From the NCBI RefSeq assembly GCF_009914755.1, contig NC_060928.1: 64,000 nt of DNA; one strand, 5' to 3'. The translations under genes were made by a program, and so were the position numbers. The DNA is from the human T2T-CHM13v2.0 reference genome, Homo sapiens. Within the stretch, counting starts at the first letter, position 1. Each line of letters opens with the position of its first letter. Below the pieces are notes generated by a model, which saw only the letters and a list, made by a program, of their open reading frames with translations, searched no databases and was not told where the DNA came from. Below, one piece after another: positions 11,512 to 24,375 of the stretch.

Positions 11512-11955
11512 TTTATCAACTGTATGTTTTAAACCATTTAAATGTAAGGAGACTGGGATCAAAAACTGTGAAATGATGTGCCTAGTAATACAAAAATCAT
11601 TCATTAGTCATGGAGACTGGAGTATAACTCAGCTCTTATGATTCTTGATCCCATGCTGCAGTTGTTAATGAGAAGACTTAGCCACTGTCACTGTGGAGTT
11701 AGAAGTTATGCATAGCTTACTGAAAGCCTCCAGAAATGGAGATAGTGGAATTGCCACCTTTAAAAATCTACGCTTGGAATTCATATTCCAAATATCTTCA
11801 AAGAAAATGGTAGCCTGGCAATTTCCAGTATCTTTCTCTATGGAAAAAGAAAACAAATCCCTTCATGGGTATCTTTCCCTTTTTTTGTATTAAGTTAATC
11901 ATGGTCAATCAACAGAAAATATTTTTTAAGGTGGGTATAGTTAGTGTAGAAACAT

Positions 11956-12126
11956 TCAGTGTTGGGTAGTTGGCAGCTGTAGTGGGAGGTGAGTGAAGTG
12001 TGGTGCCAAGGAGCTTGGCAATTGGCCATTGGAAAAGTCCAGGCTGACGCACAGGGAATGCGCCACAGGAAAACATGGCAGCAGGAAGCAGGATCAAGAC
12101 ACAGGGACTGGGACATGGGAAGAAAC
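11956..12126. repeat. Local duplication A, copy 2
   Basis: Direct repeat of 10530-10701. Confidence 0.92.
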
Positions 12127-12944
12127 TATGTTATTCTCAATCAAATTACTACAAATAAAGTTATTATTCAGAAAATAACTACAAATAAAACAAAGCATTC
12201 CTGTTTTATCTACAAGTAGTCCAAACACATCTTTATATTATTAATATAAGGTAAATGTGTACATATGTCAAAAAAAACTTTTAAACACCCACTTATTGTA
12301 GTAAAAGTGGAATCCAGTAATGTGCTTTAATAGTCTAAATACAATTACTCATATCTAATCATAAGATACCTACTAGGTCATCATTGTTAGCCCTGTAAAG
12401 TTTTATTTACTATATATAATTAAAAGTAATACAATTATTTCTTTTTATAATCGAAACACAGCATGTCCAATGCCTCCAATTAGTTTACATCAGCAAGACT
12501 TTGATCATCATCAAAAGCCAAAACAAGAGGATTAGCCATATCAAATCTATGCAACTCTGTCAGTAAACATTTCCATCTCCTCAAAAACGACAGGAAGAAA
12601 AACAAGCCATGAATTTACTTTTCTTACTAAGGGTAAGAAAATATGGTATCTCCCATCTTTTGGCTGATTTGGTTTCGGAAAATGTAGCAACAGCGCCACT
12701 AGCCAATAGTTTATGAATATTCAGTGCTTGTAAAGTGAAGATCCAGATGGCTTAGCCCAGGAGTATCGTTGTTGTTAAAGAATATAGTCAGCAATGAGAT
12801 ACCAGATAATACCATCAGATCATCAAAATGAAAAAATCCTGACAATACACGTGTTGTTACTGCAACATGAAACGTAAATAGGTACAACCAGTTTGGAGAA
12901 CTGTTTTACGATACACAATTAAGATGTGCATACACTAAGCCTTT

Positions 12945-13897
12945 ATAGATACACAACTGCCTACTTGACACCACTATATCGATGTCTGATACTCTTATCA
13001 AATTTGTCGAAAACTAAACTTCTGATTCTCCTCTCCTCCAAAAACCTTCTCTTTCCAAATCTTCTCCATGTCAACAAAAGACAACCCTCCTTCCAGCTGT
13101 TCAGGAAAAAAACCTTGAAGTCATTCTCGATCCCTCTTTTTCTCACACCCCAAATCCAGTTCATCCAGCAAATCCAGCTGGCACCACCTTGAATGTCTCC
13201 AAATCTGACCACTTCACCCCACCTCCATAAATGAGGCTGCACGTCAAGCCACCATCATCTGTCTCTTTGTTATTTGCATTACCTTCCAACCCATCTCCTT
13301 GCTTTCGTTATTGTTCATCACAGTCTACACAGCACTCAGAGTAATTCTTTTTCATGAAATCATTATCACAGCACTGCCCGAACGCCGTCCAGGGGCTTCT
13401 CACTTAGTCCGAGTAAAATCCATAGTTCTTATACATCCTAATCAGGCTTCATCTCTCTGATTTCACCTCTTGCCACTCCCCCAGTCACAGTGGGGTTCTT
13501 GGCTGCACCTCCATCACACCACCAGGCTTGTTCTTGTCTGGGGCCTGTGTACTTTCTGCTCCCTCTGTTTGTAAATCTCTCTCCCCAGATATCTGCAGGA
13601 TTAAATCCTTGATCCCCTCCATATGTCTATCACCTTTACAATATGGCCTCCTATAACTACTCTATGTAAAAGAAAGGTCCTGCCTACCTTACTCTCTATT
13701 CCACTCTCTTGCTTTTCTCCATAGATCTCATGTGATACACTGTACATTTTATTTGTTTGATTTTTGTAGTTGTCTTTCTTCCTTCACTAGAATATAAAAT
13801 CCTTGGGTGTAAGGACTTTATCTGTTTTACTCACTTTTGTGTCCTCAGAGCCTAGAACAGTGTCTGGCATGTAACAGGTGCTCAATAAATATGTGCT
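12945..13897 (+). mobile_element. L2 3' portion, flanked by probable L1ME fragments (~12800-12940, ~13900-14290)
   Basis: Canonical L2 end cctagaacagtgtctggcatgtaacaggtgctcaataaata; the flanks resemble the 3' region of an old L1. Confidence 0.8.
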
Positions 13898-14493
13898 CAA
13901 GAAACTGGAAAGAACCTAAACATTCATCAAAGAGAAAATGGATAAATTGTGATATAGTCACACAACAAATGAACTAGAGCTGCATGTATCAGGATATATG
14001 AAACTCATAAGCATAAAATCAACCAAAGAAAAGCAAGTTGTAAAAACTTACACATAAATTACATGGACAGATGTTTGCATATGAAGTTACATTTGCAAAA
14101 TAGTACTATTTCAGGCTTACGGATGTAGTAGTACAGAGAAATGTGTGGGAATGAGGAACAGTCAATTCCAGACAGCAGTAACCTTTGAGATGAAGCACGT
14201 GATTTGTGGGGAGTCAACTGTGTTGGCAGTATTTTATATCTTAAGGTGGGTAGTAGAGACACAGATATAAACTACATCATTTTAATATTTAATAGTGAAA
14301 AATACTGACTTTCATGTTAATCTACTATCCTCATGATGTATCAATAAGTTCAGCAGCAATGTTTCTAATGAATACTTTGATTTACTCCATAAAAACCATC
14401 CAGAAAATATCTTGGTGTTAAGCACTGTGAATCGGATAGGTTGGCTTTTAGCCATTTGTCCATATAATTTTCAGGGTTGTTTTAGTTATATTT

Positions 14494-14642
14494 TAGAGCT
14501 TTTTAAAATGTTTTTTTTTTGTTTTGAATTTATGGTGTTTCAGTAGAATATTATATGTATTCAGTCTTGTGCCATGGATCTTTTATGGTATAGTCTACTT
14601 TATTTGCTGCAGTCAATTAAAAAATCTGTATATGAGCTTCTT
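14494..14642. repeat. Local duplication B, copy 1 (partner 16044-16218)
   Basis: Shared core tttgaattt.tggtgtttcagtagaatatta.atgta.tcagtcttgtgccat.gatcttttatggtat with 4 mismatches. Confidence 0.9.
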
Positions 14643-15033
14643 GTTTTTAAGGAAAAAGTCTGCATTAGGCACAAACACACACACACACTATGGACCTGGT
14701 TAGGACTAGTGAGAGGGAATTTGAAAATGAACAAGTGCTTCCTGTCACTATCTCACCAACCCAATTGCCTCTCCTCCCATCTACATACCTAGACAATAGG
14801 AGCAAGCACACTAGGGCAGAATCCATAAGAAAGCAAAACCTAATTTTATAGTTGCCTATTTTCTTATTCTTTTATTTCTTAATTCATTTTAAATCTTTTT
14901 TTTTCTGTGTATTTGCATTGAATTGAACAAACAAAAGCCTTTATATTTTGCGGAGGACAATAAATATTCCCTAGAACACCCAATTACTGTTGAACTAGAA
15001 AGCAAAAGAAATTCGTAAGAGAATGGCACCTTT

Positions 15034-15364
<331 letters not shown>

Positions 15365-16043
15365 TTATTTTCACTTAAGTGAAAAGATAGCCTTATCTCT
15401 GACTCCTACCACACAATTTCTGGGAGTTAACTCATGAAAGGCATGCGACGCATTGAGAGGTTTTATCCTCTTTCTATCTTTTCCATTCTTTCTTAACCGC
15501 TGTTTTCATCCAGTACCTACCCACTTGTAATTTTCACTCTGAAAACTAGCTATGCCTCTGCAGTAGCTTACCTGCAAGGCCATCATTAATGAGAATATTG
15601 AGTCTATTTCTGCAGACCTTAGTGAAATGGAATAATTCAGTATCCAGCAAGCCCAGGAAATATTGCCCCTGTTGCATGGAATTCTTGTTTAATGTCTTGA
15701 ATATTACAGAGTGGCAGCAGCTGCCTTATTACCTCTTCTGGTCAACCCATAACACCATGATGTTATGAAAAGCCCATTCCAGCTGTATAAATGCATAAAG
15801 CTGTGAAAATGTTGCTCTCACTGATACCTTAGTGAACCAAGAAGTAAGGCTGATATTCAAGGCAAAAGTGGAATATCACTATACAGTTAGAAGTTTGAAT
15901 TGGTTATGACAGTCATTGGTATCTAGTCATGAGTAGCAGTAGCTAAATTAGACAGTAGCATCAGTTTATATCTTAATGGACAAGTTTCTGGATTTAACAA
16001 GAAAACAATAAACACCAAAATAAATGTAGCTGAAGAATAAAGG

Positions 16044-16218
16044 TAGAGATTTTTTAATGTCTTTTGCTTTGAATTTGTGGTGTTTCAGTAGAATATTACA
16101 TGTAGTCAGTCTTGTGCCATAGATCTTTTATGGTATCATCTACCCAGTTTACCTGCTGCAGATGGCAAAAAAAACAAAAACAAAAAAAAACAAAACACCT
16201 GTATATAAGAAGCTTCTT
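16044..16218. repeat. Local duplication B, copy 2
   Basis: Direct repeat of 14494-14642 with an expanded internal A/CA tract. Confidence 0.9.
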
Positions 16219-16264
16219 CAGATAATCCCTTTAGAATTAAAAGGGATTCGTGAAACAAGCATCA

Positions 16265-16505
16265 GAAGCGCTTAGTGGTGGACAGTAGAGGTTCTAGAAT
16301 CAGAATGTGACTCTTGGCTCCATCACGCATCAGTTAGGTCACTGTGGCAAGTTATTTCAACTTTCTGTGCCTCAGTTTCTTTGTTGGTAAAATGGAAATA
16401 ATAGAAGTACCTACCTCTAGGGTAATTATGAATGTTAAGTCAATTAACACAGAGAAAGAGTTTAAAACTGTTAGCACATTGTAGTGTCTTAATAAATATT
16501 AATGT
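16265..16505 (+). mobile_element. MIR
   Basis: ggcaagttatttcaactttctgtgcctcagtttctttgttggtaaaatgg core. Confidence 0.8.
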
Positions 16506-18204
16506 ATTATTTTAAAAGTTACTTATTATTTTAAAGTGTTTACTTTTATAGTTTATTGTTATTGACTTAGAATAAACTCCCCGCACTCTACCTTTTCAAA
16601 AACCTTTGACTCTGTTTCCTCTCTTTAAAATCTTCATACTGCCATTTTCTTTTATACTACTAAGTATTCACAATGGTATAGAGCCTATGGAGATGGAACA
16701 CTTCAACAGCATAAAATAAACAAATGATTTATCAGAAATACAATACATCTTGAAAGTTGCTTTTGACTATTTGTTGAGTCCTAGATTTGTATCTCAGAGT
16801 CGGAATCATCACAAAGGCTGCCAGGAAGTAGTGGGATACTTTCCCTTGGTCTCTGTATAACATACTATTTTTTTTATAAATTTTTACCTCACTTGGCCTT
16901 CTGTTCCTTCACTGCTGCAGGGTATGGGATCAAAGCCAAAGAAAAGTGATTTGTTTCTGTCTCTACTCCTCCTTCATACAACTAATTATCTCCCCATCCT
17001 CTCTTTCTAAATGTAGAAGCTGTGAAGGTCAGCCGTACTGTGGATTACTGTCAATTTAGAACACCTTCCAAAAATAAAATCTCTTTGACTATTGTTTTCT
17101 TGCTGCTTTAAAAATTGTTTAGCAATTTCCCTCAGTTTGCTTTGTGAGCATGTGTTAACTATTTGCTAGAGTTAATTGAAAGTGGTTCCCCAATACTTTA
17201 GCCACTCTTTGTTTTTGTATTTCAATAATTTCAGCAGGAAGAAAAATCTAAAATAATTTAAGTAACAAATGCAGGCTTTTCCTCAGCTAGATAAATTGAC
17301 CTTTTATTTTGCATTTTCTTACTACTAAGTATTATACCATGCTGCAAAGCTCTCAAAAGGAAAAGGATGTGCTTTTCGGAAGTTTAATTTATTAGTATGC
17401 AAACTAGTATCAAATAGTTGTTTTGAAAGAATTTGACCCTGAAGTTTCAGATACCTTCACAGTCAAAACTACTCAATGTCTCAAATCTTTTCTGCAGAGT
17501 CTATTTTAAGTACTTTTCAACATGTTTCTTCATTTGCCTTGGGGCCATACCTCCTCATGGATCACTGAATCTGCTTAAGCATAATTACAGCAATTCAAGG
17601 ACTCCATTTAGACATTGCATTCTTTTGACGTTTTGGAGTTACTTTATAAATGTAACTGTAGCAAATACAATTTTAAGTATGAAACTTTATATAGCTTACT
17701 GTGCTGACCAAGATGCAAAATAGTTCTACCAGTTGGTGTTTGAATGATATATAACAATAGAAATGGTTCTTTCCTATTTAATTTTAATTGATTTGAGCCA
17801 AGAAATAGCATCCTATTGGATATCTGCTGAAATAGGACTAAACTGCTGGTCTCCTGAACTCTGATAGAGAAATCCAATCAAAAGCTTTTCCTGGCCAAAA
17901 ATAATACTAATTGCAAGTGAAAACTAGCTTTGTTCTCTCGGTTATGAGTTCCAATGGTGAAGTCTAGTTCCATATAACAGTGCATGGTAAATTAGGCCAC
18001 AGAAACAAGCTTCCAGTCACTGTTTATATGATCCACATGTTGTGGTCCAAAAAATGTAAATAAAAATACCCTAGGGAATAAGAACTTTTTCCTAAGATGA
18101 CAGCTTTTAGCCTTGGTTGTTGAAAATGGTGAGTATTTCTAATGAAATTGAAAACAAGTCTAGGGAAATGAATTTCCAAGTAATGGAGGAGAATCTTTGA
18201 GAAC

Positions 18205-18293
18205 GAGGAGAAAGAGAGGAGAGGAGGGGAGGGGAGGGGAGGGTAAGGAAGGAGGAAGGGAGGAAGGAGGGGGGAGGGAGGAAGGAGGGAGGC
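18205..18293 (+). repeat. Polypurine G/A low-complexity tract
   Basis: About 90 nt almost entirely G and A, with repeated GGGGA/GGGA/GGAA units. Confidence 0.9.
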
Positions 18294-18954
18294 AGACAAA
18301 GAAAACTCTCATCTGAAGATTAATGGTTCTTTTAAAGTCAGAAAGATCTTCAAAATAATTTTCACCATTATATAGACATTACAGACCAATTGCTTTGACA
18401 GAGAATATTCTAATTGTGTTAGTGCAAAGAGAATGCAATAGATATACAGTTGTGGACATCTAGGGAGATGAGACAGAAAATGTTTCAGTTTTGGACTTTG
18501 AACCACTACAAAGACCAAGAATTCTCCATATCAATATATGAATTTGATTATGTTAATGGACCAGCATGGGCCCAGCATGCTTTCTAGAAGGATAGTAATG
18601 AGAAGGTATTGATAAATAAGAGGATTTGTTCAAGGTCAGGGCTTAGCTAAGCCTGGTCACTCCAGTCCAGGGGCCTTGTTATCCCCTAATGAGGAGGTCT
18701 TGAAAGTTAACACCAGAAGCACGGTAACATTCAACCACCATCATATATGTCTGTGCAGTCACTGTGTAGAATTACACATAGTACTAAATTGTAGGAAGTT
18801 TATGCTAAAATTGCCATTTTCATGCTTGTCAACCCTATGGTCATCATTCTAAAGTCACCAATTAAAATGATTCCTCTTTATTTTCTTACAGAGCTATTAA
18901 CACTGAACCCTCACGAAAGTTATTGTCATTCTCCTAGTAATACTAATAGATATA

Positions 18955-19440
18955 ATAATATTAATAGCCAACATTTCTTGAGTACTTAGTGTATGCCACT
19001 CTTCTAAGGGCACTACCTGTATAAATTCACTTATTCCAATAAGCTAGATACTGCCAGATTTCTGGGATTCTAAGACATCTATTTTACAACACTTTAACAT
19101 CTTTGTAATCAGAACTCTTTACAGAAAAGGACATACTTAAACAACAGCTGTCAGATGACTCATTTTGTGGTTGTATTGCTTGTACACATACAAATTTGGT
19201 CAGAATTGTTTGGCAGCTTAATTATTTACTTGGCCAGTACTATATGCTGTTTCTTTATTAGTGGTTCATAAAACAATGGTATCTAGTGGTGATTTCATGT
19301 TAGATTCAGTGAACTACAAATTTGTTTTCTCCATTTTAAAAATAACATACTAAGATATGAATAGTTTAGCAAAACTTCCCAATTGTCCAGTTACTGGTAG
19401 GGATGGAATTCACACTGAGACAAACTGGCTCCTGGGTCTA
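18955..19440 (-). mobile_element. MIR interrupted by a TcMar-Tc2-like (MER104/Kanga-type) element at ~19050-19320
   Basis: MIR halves flank a segment with gattctaagacatc...tttaacatct and ttagattcagtgaactac termini. Confidence 0.5.
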
Positions 19441-19444
19441 TACT

Positions 19445-19580
19445 TTTTTGTTTCTAATTTTTATGGGTACATAGTAGGCATATGTATATATGGGGCACAT
19501 GAGATTTTTTTGATACAAGTATGCAGTGTGTAATAATCACGTCATCATAGAAAATGAAGTATCCCTCCCCTAGAGCATTA
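19445..19580 (-). mobile_element. L1MA/PB 3' end fragment
   Basis: ttttatgggtacatagtagg...ggggcacatgagattttt...gatacaagtatgca. Confidence 0.75.
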
Positions 19581-22143
19581 ACGAATCTGTACATTTTAAC
19601 TGCTATACTCTACTGCCATAGCCCTTCTCAAGATCTGTCTCAATGGAGTTTGGGTGAGTCCTCCTGACCATCAGAAACACCACCACAGATAGTGAGCAGT
19701 TCTCTAAAAGCAAACCTCATGAATCGCTTCCTTCCATTGCCCCCAGACAATGTTAAGAAACCTTAAAAAAGAAAAGAGCCATGATTGATTCTTTAGTGGT
19801 CCTCATGAGAAAACTGTGCTGTATACATTCCCAGCCCACTTTGTGGTGTCACATGAGGAAGAGCCAGCATCTTTACTCTTAGCAACAACCTTCCTTGTTG
19901 CAACTTGTGAGGGCCTGAGCTACAGTGCCTCCTCTATCAAAGCCATTTTGCTGGGTTTCTCTTTCTTTTATAAACAGAACACTGATCCCAAGCAGAATAT
20001 AACAGATATGACTTGTAATCCGTTATAGTACCATTTAATCCTTATGTTTAGCTGCCAGCATTCTAATTAAGAATGTGTTGGCATATGTTGGCCAGAATCC
20101 TGCAACATGGAATTATTCCATGGGCCAAGCCTGAGGACACACACTGCTGCCTAAAATCGAGGAAGAAAGGGCCCCAACCACACTTTAGTTCAAGTGACTT
20201 CTGATATACCTTTTCTACAAAAGGCCATTGCAAAATACAATTCTGCAAGATCATTTTTTACGAAATAAATAATTTTAACTTTGAACAGGGAGCTAAGAGG
20301 GAAGCATGAAGATTGAAGAAATCAAATTAACTTTGGAACGAGAGATTGTCGTCATAGCCTAAAAAGTCAATGAGCACATCAAAAGGAGAGAGATTCCTCT
20401 GCCCACAGTAAAATTCATCAGGGGGCCACATGGTATAGTGTATCTAGGTGTTAGGTGTGCAGACAAGGAATGGCGTGCCTCAGTTTGGGGTCAGTTTCAC
20501 TGACTGAACATTTGTGCTGCCCCATTGTACACACTCAGCTCTACAAATATCTTGACCAATTCATTTCCAACCTAGATGCTAGATATTTGGGAGAAATTTT
20601 TAATTGGAGGGGATTGGCACATATGTTGTAAGTGCCCCATTTGTTTTACTATTTGTTAATGGAAAATGCCAATGGTATACCTCAAATTAAAGATACCATC
20701 ACCCTTAGTAATAGTTTAAACAAGATATTCCACAGAAGAAGAATGAGAAGAATCACTCTAGTATGAGAGCTATTGTGTTTGGATTGTATTTTCTTTTCTA
20801 AATCCTAATAGGCCAATGCAGGTAAAATGATGAATCCATTAACAAGGTGTTTCTATCCTATTACAAATCAAAGTAACTTTACTACCACTGTGTAACCTAT
20901 AATAATTATATACCGTATAATATATAATGTATACTGTAACATTTATGTTGCCAATTTTAAAATTTTATACTGATCTAGTCCCTTTCACCTGCAAATCTTA
21001 AAATCTTAACATTTGTTCATCCAGTGCACTATGTAAAATGGCTTTAGCTCTTTGGAATTGGAAGTTGTATCTTCTAACATGGCCTAGGAGCAGCCCCTGC
21101 CTTCCAGCATAGAGTTCAGCTTCCAACACACGCCTCAAGAACCATGGGTTTTTTTGGAACATGAGGCCAGCTCTTAGCTACCTGCAATTCGGAACGTACT
21201 ATTTGGTTTCAGCAGTTTCTTGACCCTTCATGGGGTCATCTTCAAGTTCTGTATTGTTGCATATGTGTTTTTTCTCTTTGCCTTTGGATAGTTTTCTGGC
21301 TTTCAGATTTTGATCTTTCAGATTTTGACAAATCAGAAAAAGACCAAACCCAGCCAAAACCTGTCTTTCATTACAGTTTGTTCTGGTTGAAATGTTAAAC
21401 CTTCTCACATCCGTGGTATTGAAGCAAATTATGATCCAAAAAGAAAGAGGAGTTGGGTTCATCTTCTCTCTCTCACATCCACATTGCAAATCAGTCCTTT
21501 TTCACTCCCCATATTTAGTGCTATCTGTTGTCCTCTTGCCTCACTTTCTTCCAGGAGGTCTTCGTATCCTCAGGTAGGTCTACAGAAACACAATTTAGTT
21601 TTCCTTTCATCATGCAAACACAATGCTACACCTGCACTAATCATCTGTGCTTAAAGCCAATGGATGATAGGGGGCAAGTGTTAGAAATTACCCAAGGCTC
21701 TTAGCACCTGGAGTGTTTTCTCACAGCCTCACCTGTATGGATAATTTTGTCAGCCAAATAGAGTAAGTGGATCTTAGTTGATCAGAGCAGGAAACAAGCT
21801 TGAAGCCAGGGGTAAAAAAAAAAATTAAGAGAAGCAAATGAAGCCTCCAGAAAGGGAATCTGAAAGAGACAAGGTGAAGGATTAGAAGCAGATGGCATGA
21901 GAAACAGTTCCAAGAAGCAATGAGAAAAGGCAGAGCTGGTGATAGTTCAGTGCTAGAGACCATTAAACATCCATATCCCAAATGGTTCCAGATCAGACCT
22001 CCCAGGGAATGAAATTAATATGCAACAGTCTCCTCCTTTGCCAGCTGCTTGTGGCATTTGTCTCAGCTCTCTGTGAAAAATTGTGTGTACTCACAATAAC
22101 AAACATATACGCGACAGCAATCCTTCCGAGGTGACACGAGTCA

Positions 22144-22477
<334 letters not shown>

Positions 22478-22739
22478 TTAAAACTTTGAGTAGGATACAG
22501 AAGGAAATAAAGACAGTAACCTCTTTGGGGTTCTGTACATCTTCACAAAGCTTTTCTTCATAGATCAGAAAAGAAACTTAAATATTCCTTGGGTTTAAGC
22601 TGCCACAGAATTGTGTTAAGATTATTAAAATACAAGCATTTAAATATGAGGATCATAAGTCTGCCTTACTACTTTTGCTCCATTATCCTCTGACTCATCA
22701 TCTTTCATAGACCCTGACAGATCCTCCTCTTCCCACTCT

Positions 22740-23150
22740 TCTCCACCCCACTGTCTTGCCCTGAGTGGCTGATCTGTGTAGACTAGAACAGACTCCTTCA
22801 GGTTTCCGGTTGGGCTAAGTCCTGGAGGGCCCTGGCAGATCAGAAGGAAGAAAGAGAGGAACTCAAGGTACTTAGTGTCCCATCTTCCTCCTATGGGCTT
22901 GCCTTGGCCCTCTAAGTCAAATGAAGGTCTCCATCAACACAATGCTTCCCTGTGTTCAGGAAAGTGCATCCACCTTCTGTTCCTTTAGGGTTAAGAGTGG
23001 TAGCAATTCTGCTTTGTAGTCCCCAGGTGATCCCTTATCCCTGGGTTTCCTCATACTCTGACGATACCTTCAGATATAATCTTTTCATGAAACCCTCCTT
23101 GCGTTGTTTGAGTTTTAGTGTGCCCTCTCTTTCTAGCTAGGACCACAACT
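22740..23150 (+). mobile_element. Probable ancient ERVL-type LTR (LTR33-like)
   Basis: ggctgatctgtgtagac...tccggttgggct...aaaccctcctt...gtgtgccctctctttc resembles my recollection of this family. Confidence 0.4.
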
Positions 23151-23479
23151 GCTACATCCTCCTCCTGATTGCCCAAACCTAAAATGATGATGACCCATAA
23201 TTATTATCCAGATACGGTGACACAAGCAATTCCTGAAATGCTTTCCTCTGAAATTGCTAAGGATTACTCACAGGCAAGTTACACAGCTTCAAAATTACTT
23301 TTCCAGCTCTATATTCCCTATTATTTCTCGCTGTTTGCTTTTAGACTTAAGTAAACTTCAACTCCAATTCTATAACTTAGTAAAAGAATCACATTGATGT
23401 GAAAGTCCAAAAAGACATTTGATGTTGTAAGTGGAATTTTCTCATTCGTTCACTCTCTGTCAATGAGAAATTAAATGAC

Positions 23480-23690
23480 TAACACTAAATGGAGTGCTAC
23501 ATATGTCTGGCATTTTTTACAAAGGAATTTATATACTGTCTCTCATCCAGTTATCTCGCAAGCTCTGTAGGGTAGGTTCTGTTATTACGTGTTTTAGATG
23601 TGAGAAAACTGAGACTCAGAGAGGTAGGCAAACTATCCAAGACATAACGTGACAGTAATGTGTCTGGGATTATTAACACCAAAAGTTGGC
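23480..23690 (-). mobile_element. MIR
   Basis: ttttagatgtgagaaaactgagactcagagagg. Confidence 0.75.
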
Positions 23691-24073
23691 TTTTTGGTGG
23701 AATTTGTAATGATGAGTGATTCATACATTTGAAGTGGTGCTTGACTTATTTAATGGTACATAACAAACCACTCCAAAACTTAATGGCTCAAAACAATTTA
23801 TTATTTTCTCTCACTTACTAGTCTATTTGAAGACTAGCTACCACAGGGGAACTCTTAGGCATTTTTTTCACGTCTGTTATCCTGGAATGAGTAAACTCTA
23901 ATGAGAACAAAGAATACCGAATATCATGGAGTTTGGATGAGGAGTGTGATACAACAGGGTTACAGTTTGAATTAGGAGTCACGCCAAAAGGAAGGTAGAA
24001 AGGAATCCAGATCAGTGGAAAGGAGGAAGCACCTAACATAAGAACTAGGTGTGCCATTAAGAATTATGCTTTG

Positions 24074-24375
<302 letters not shown>

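Noticed and set aside
10390-12219. Paralogous short ORFs (e.g. AAMFSC..FP..QPG.F.WP.AKLLGT) suggesting a small gene family
   Set aside because: They simply reflect DNA duplication A; starts and ends differ between copies and there is no codon-level evidence of coding constraint.
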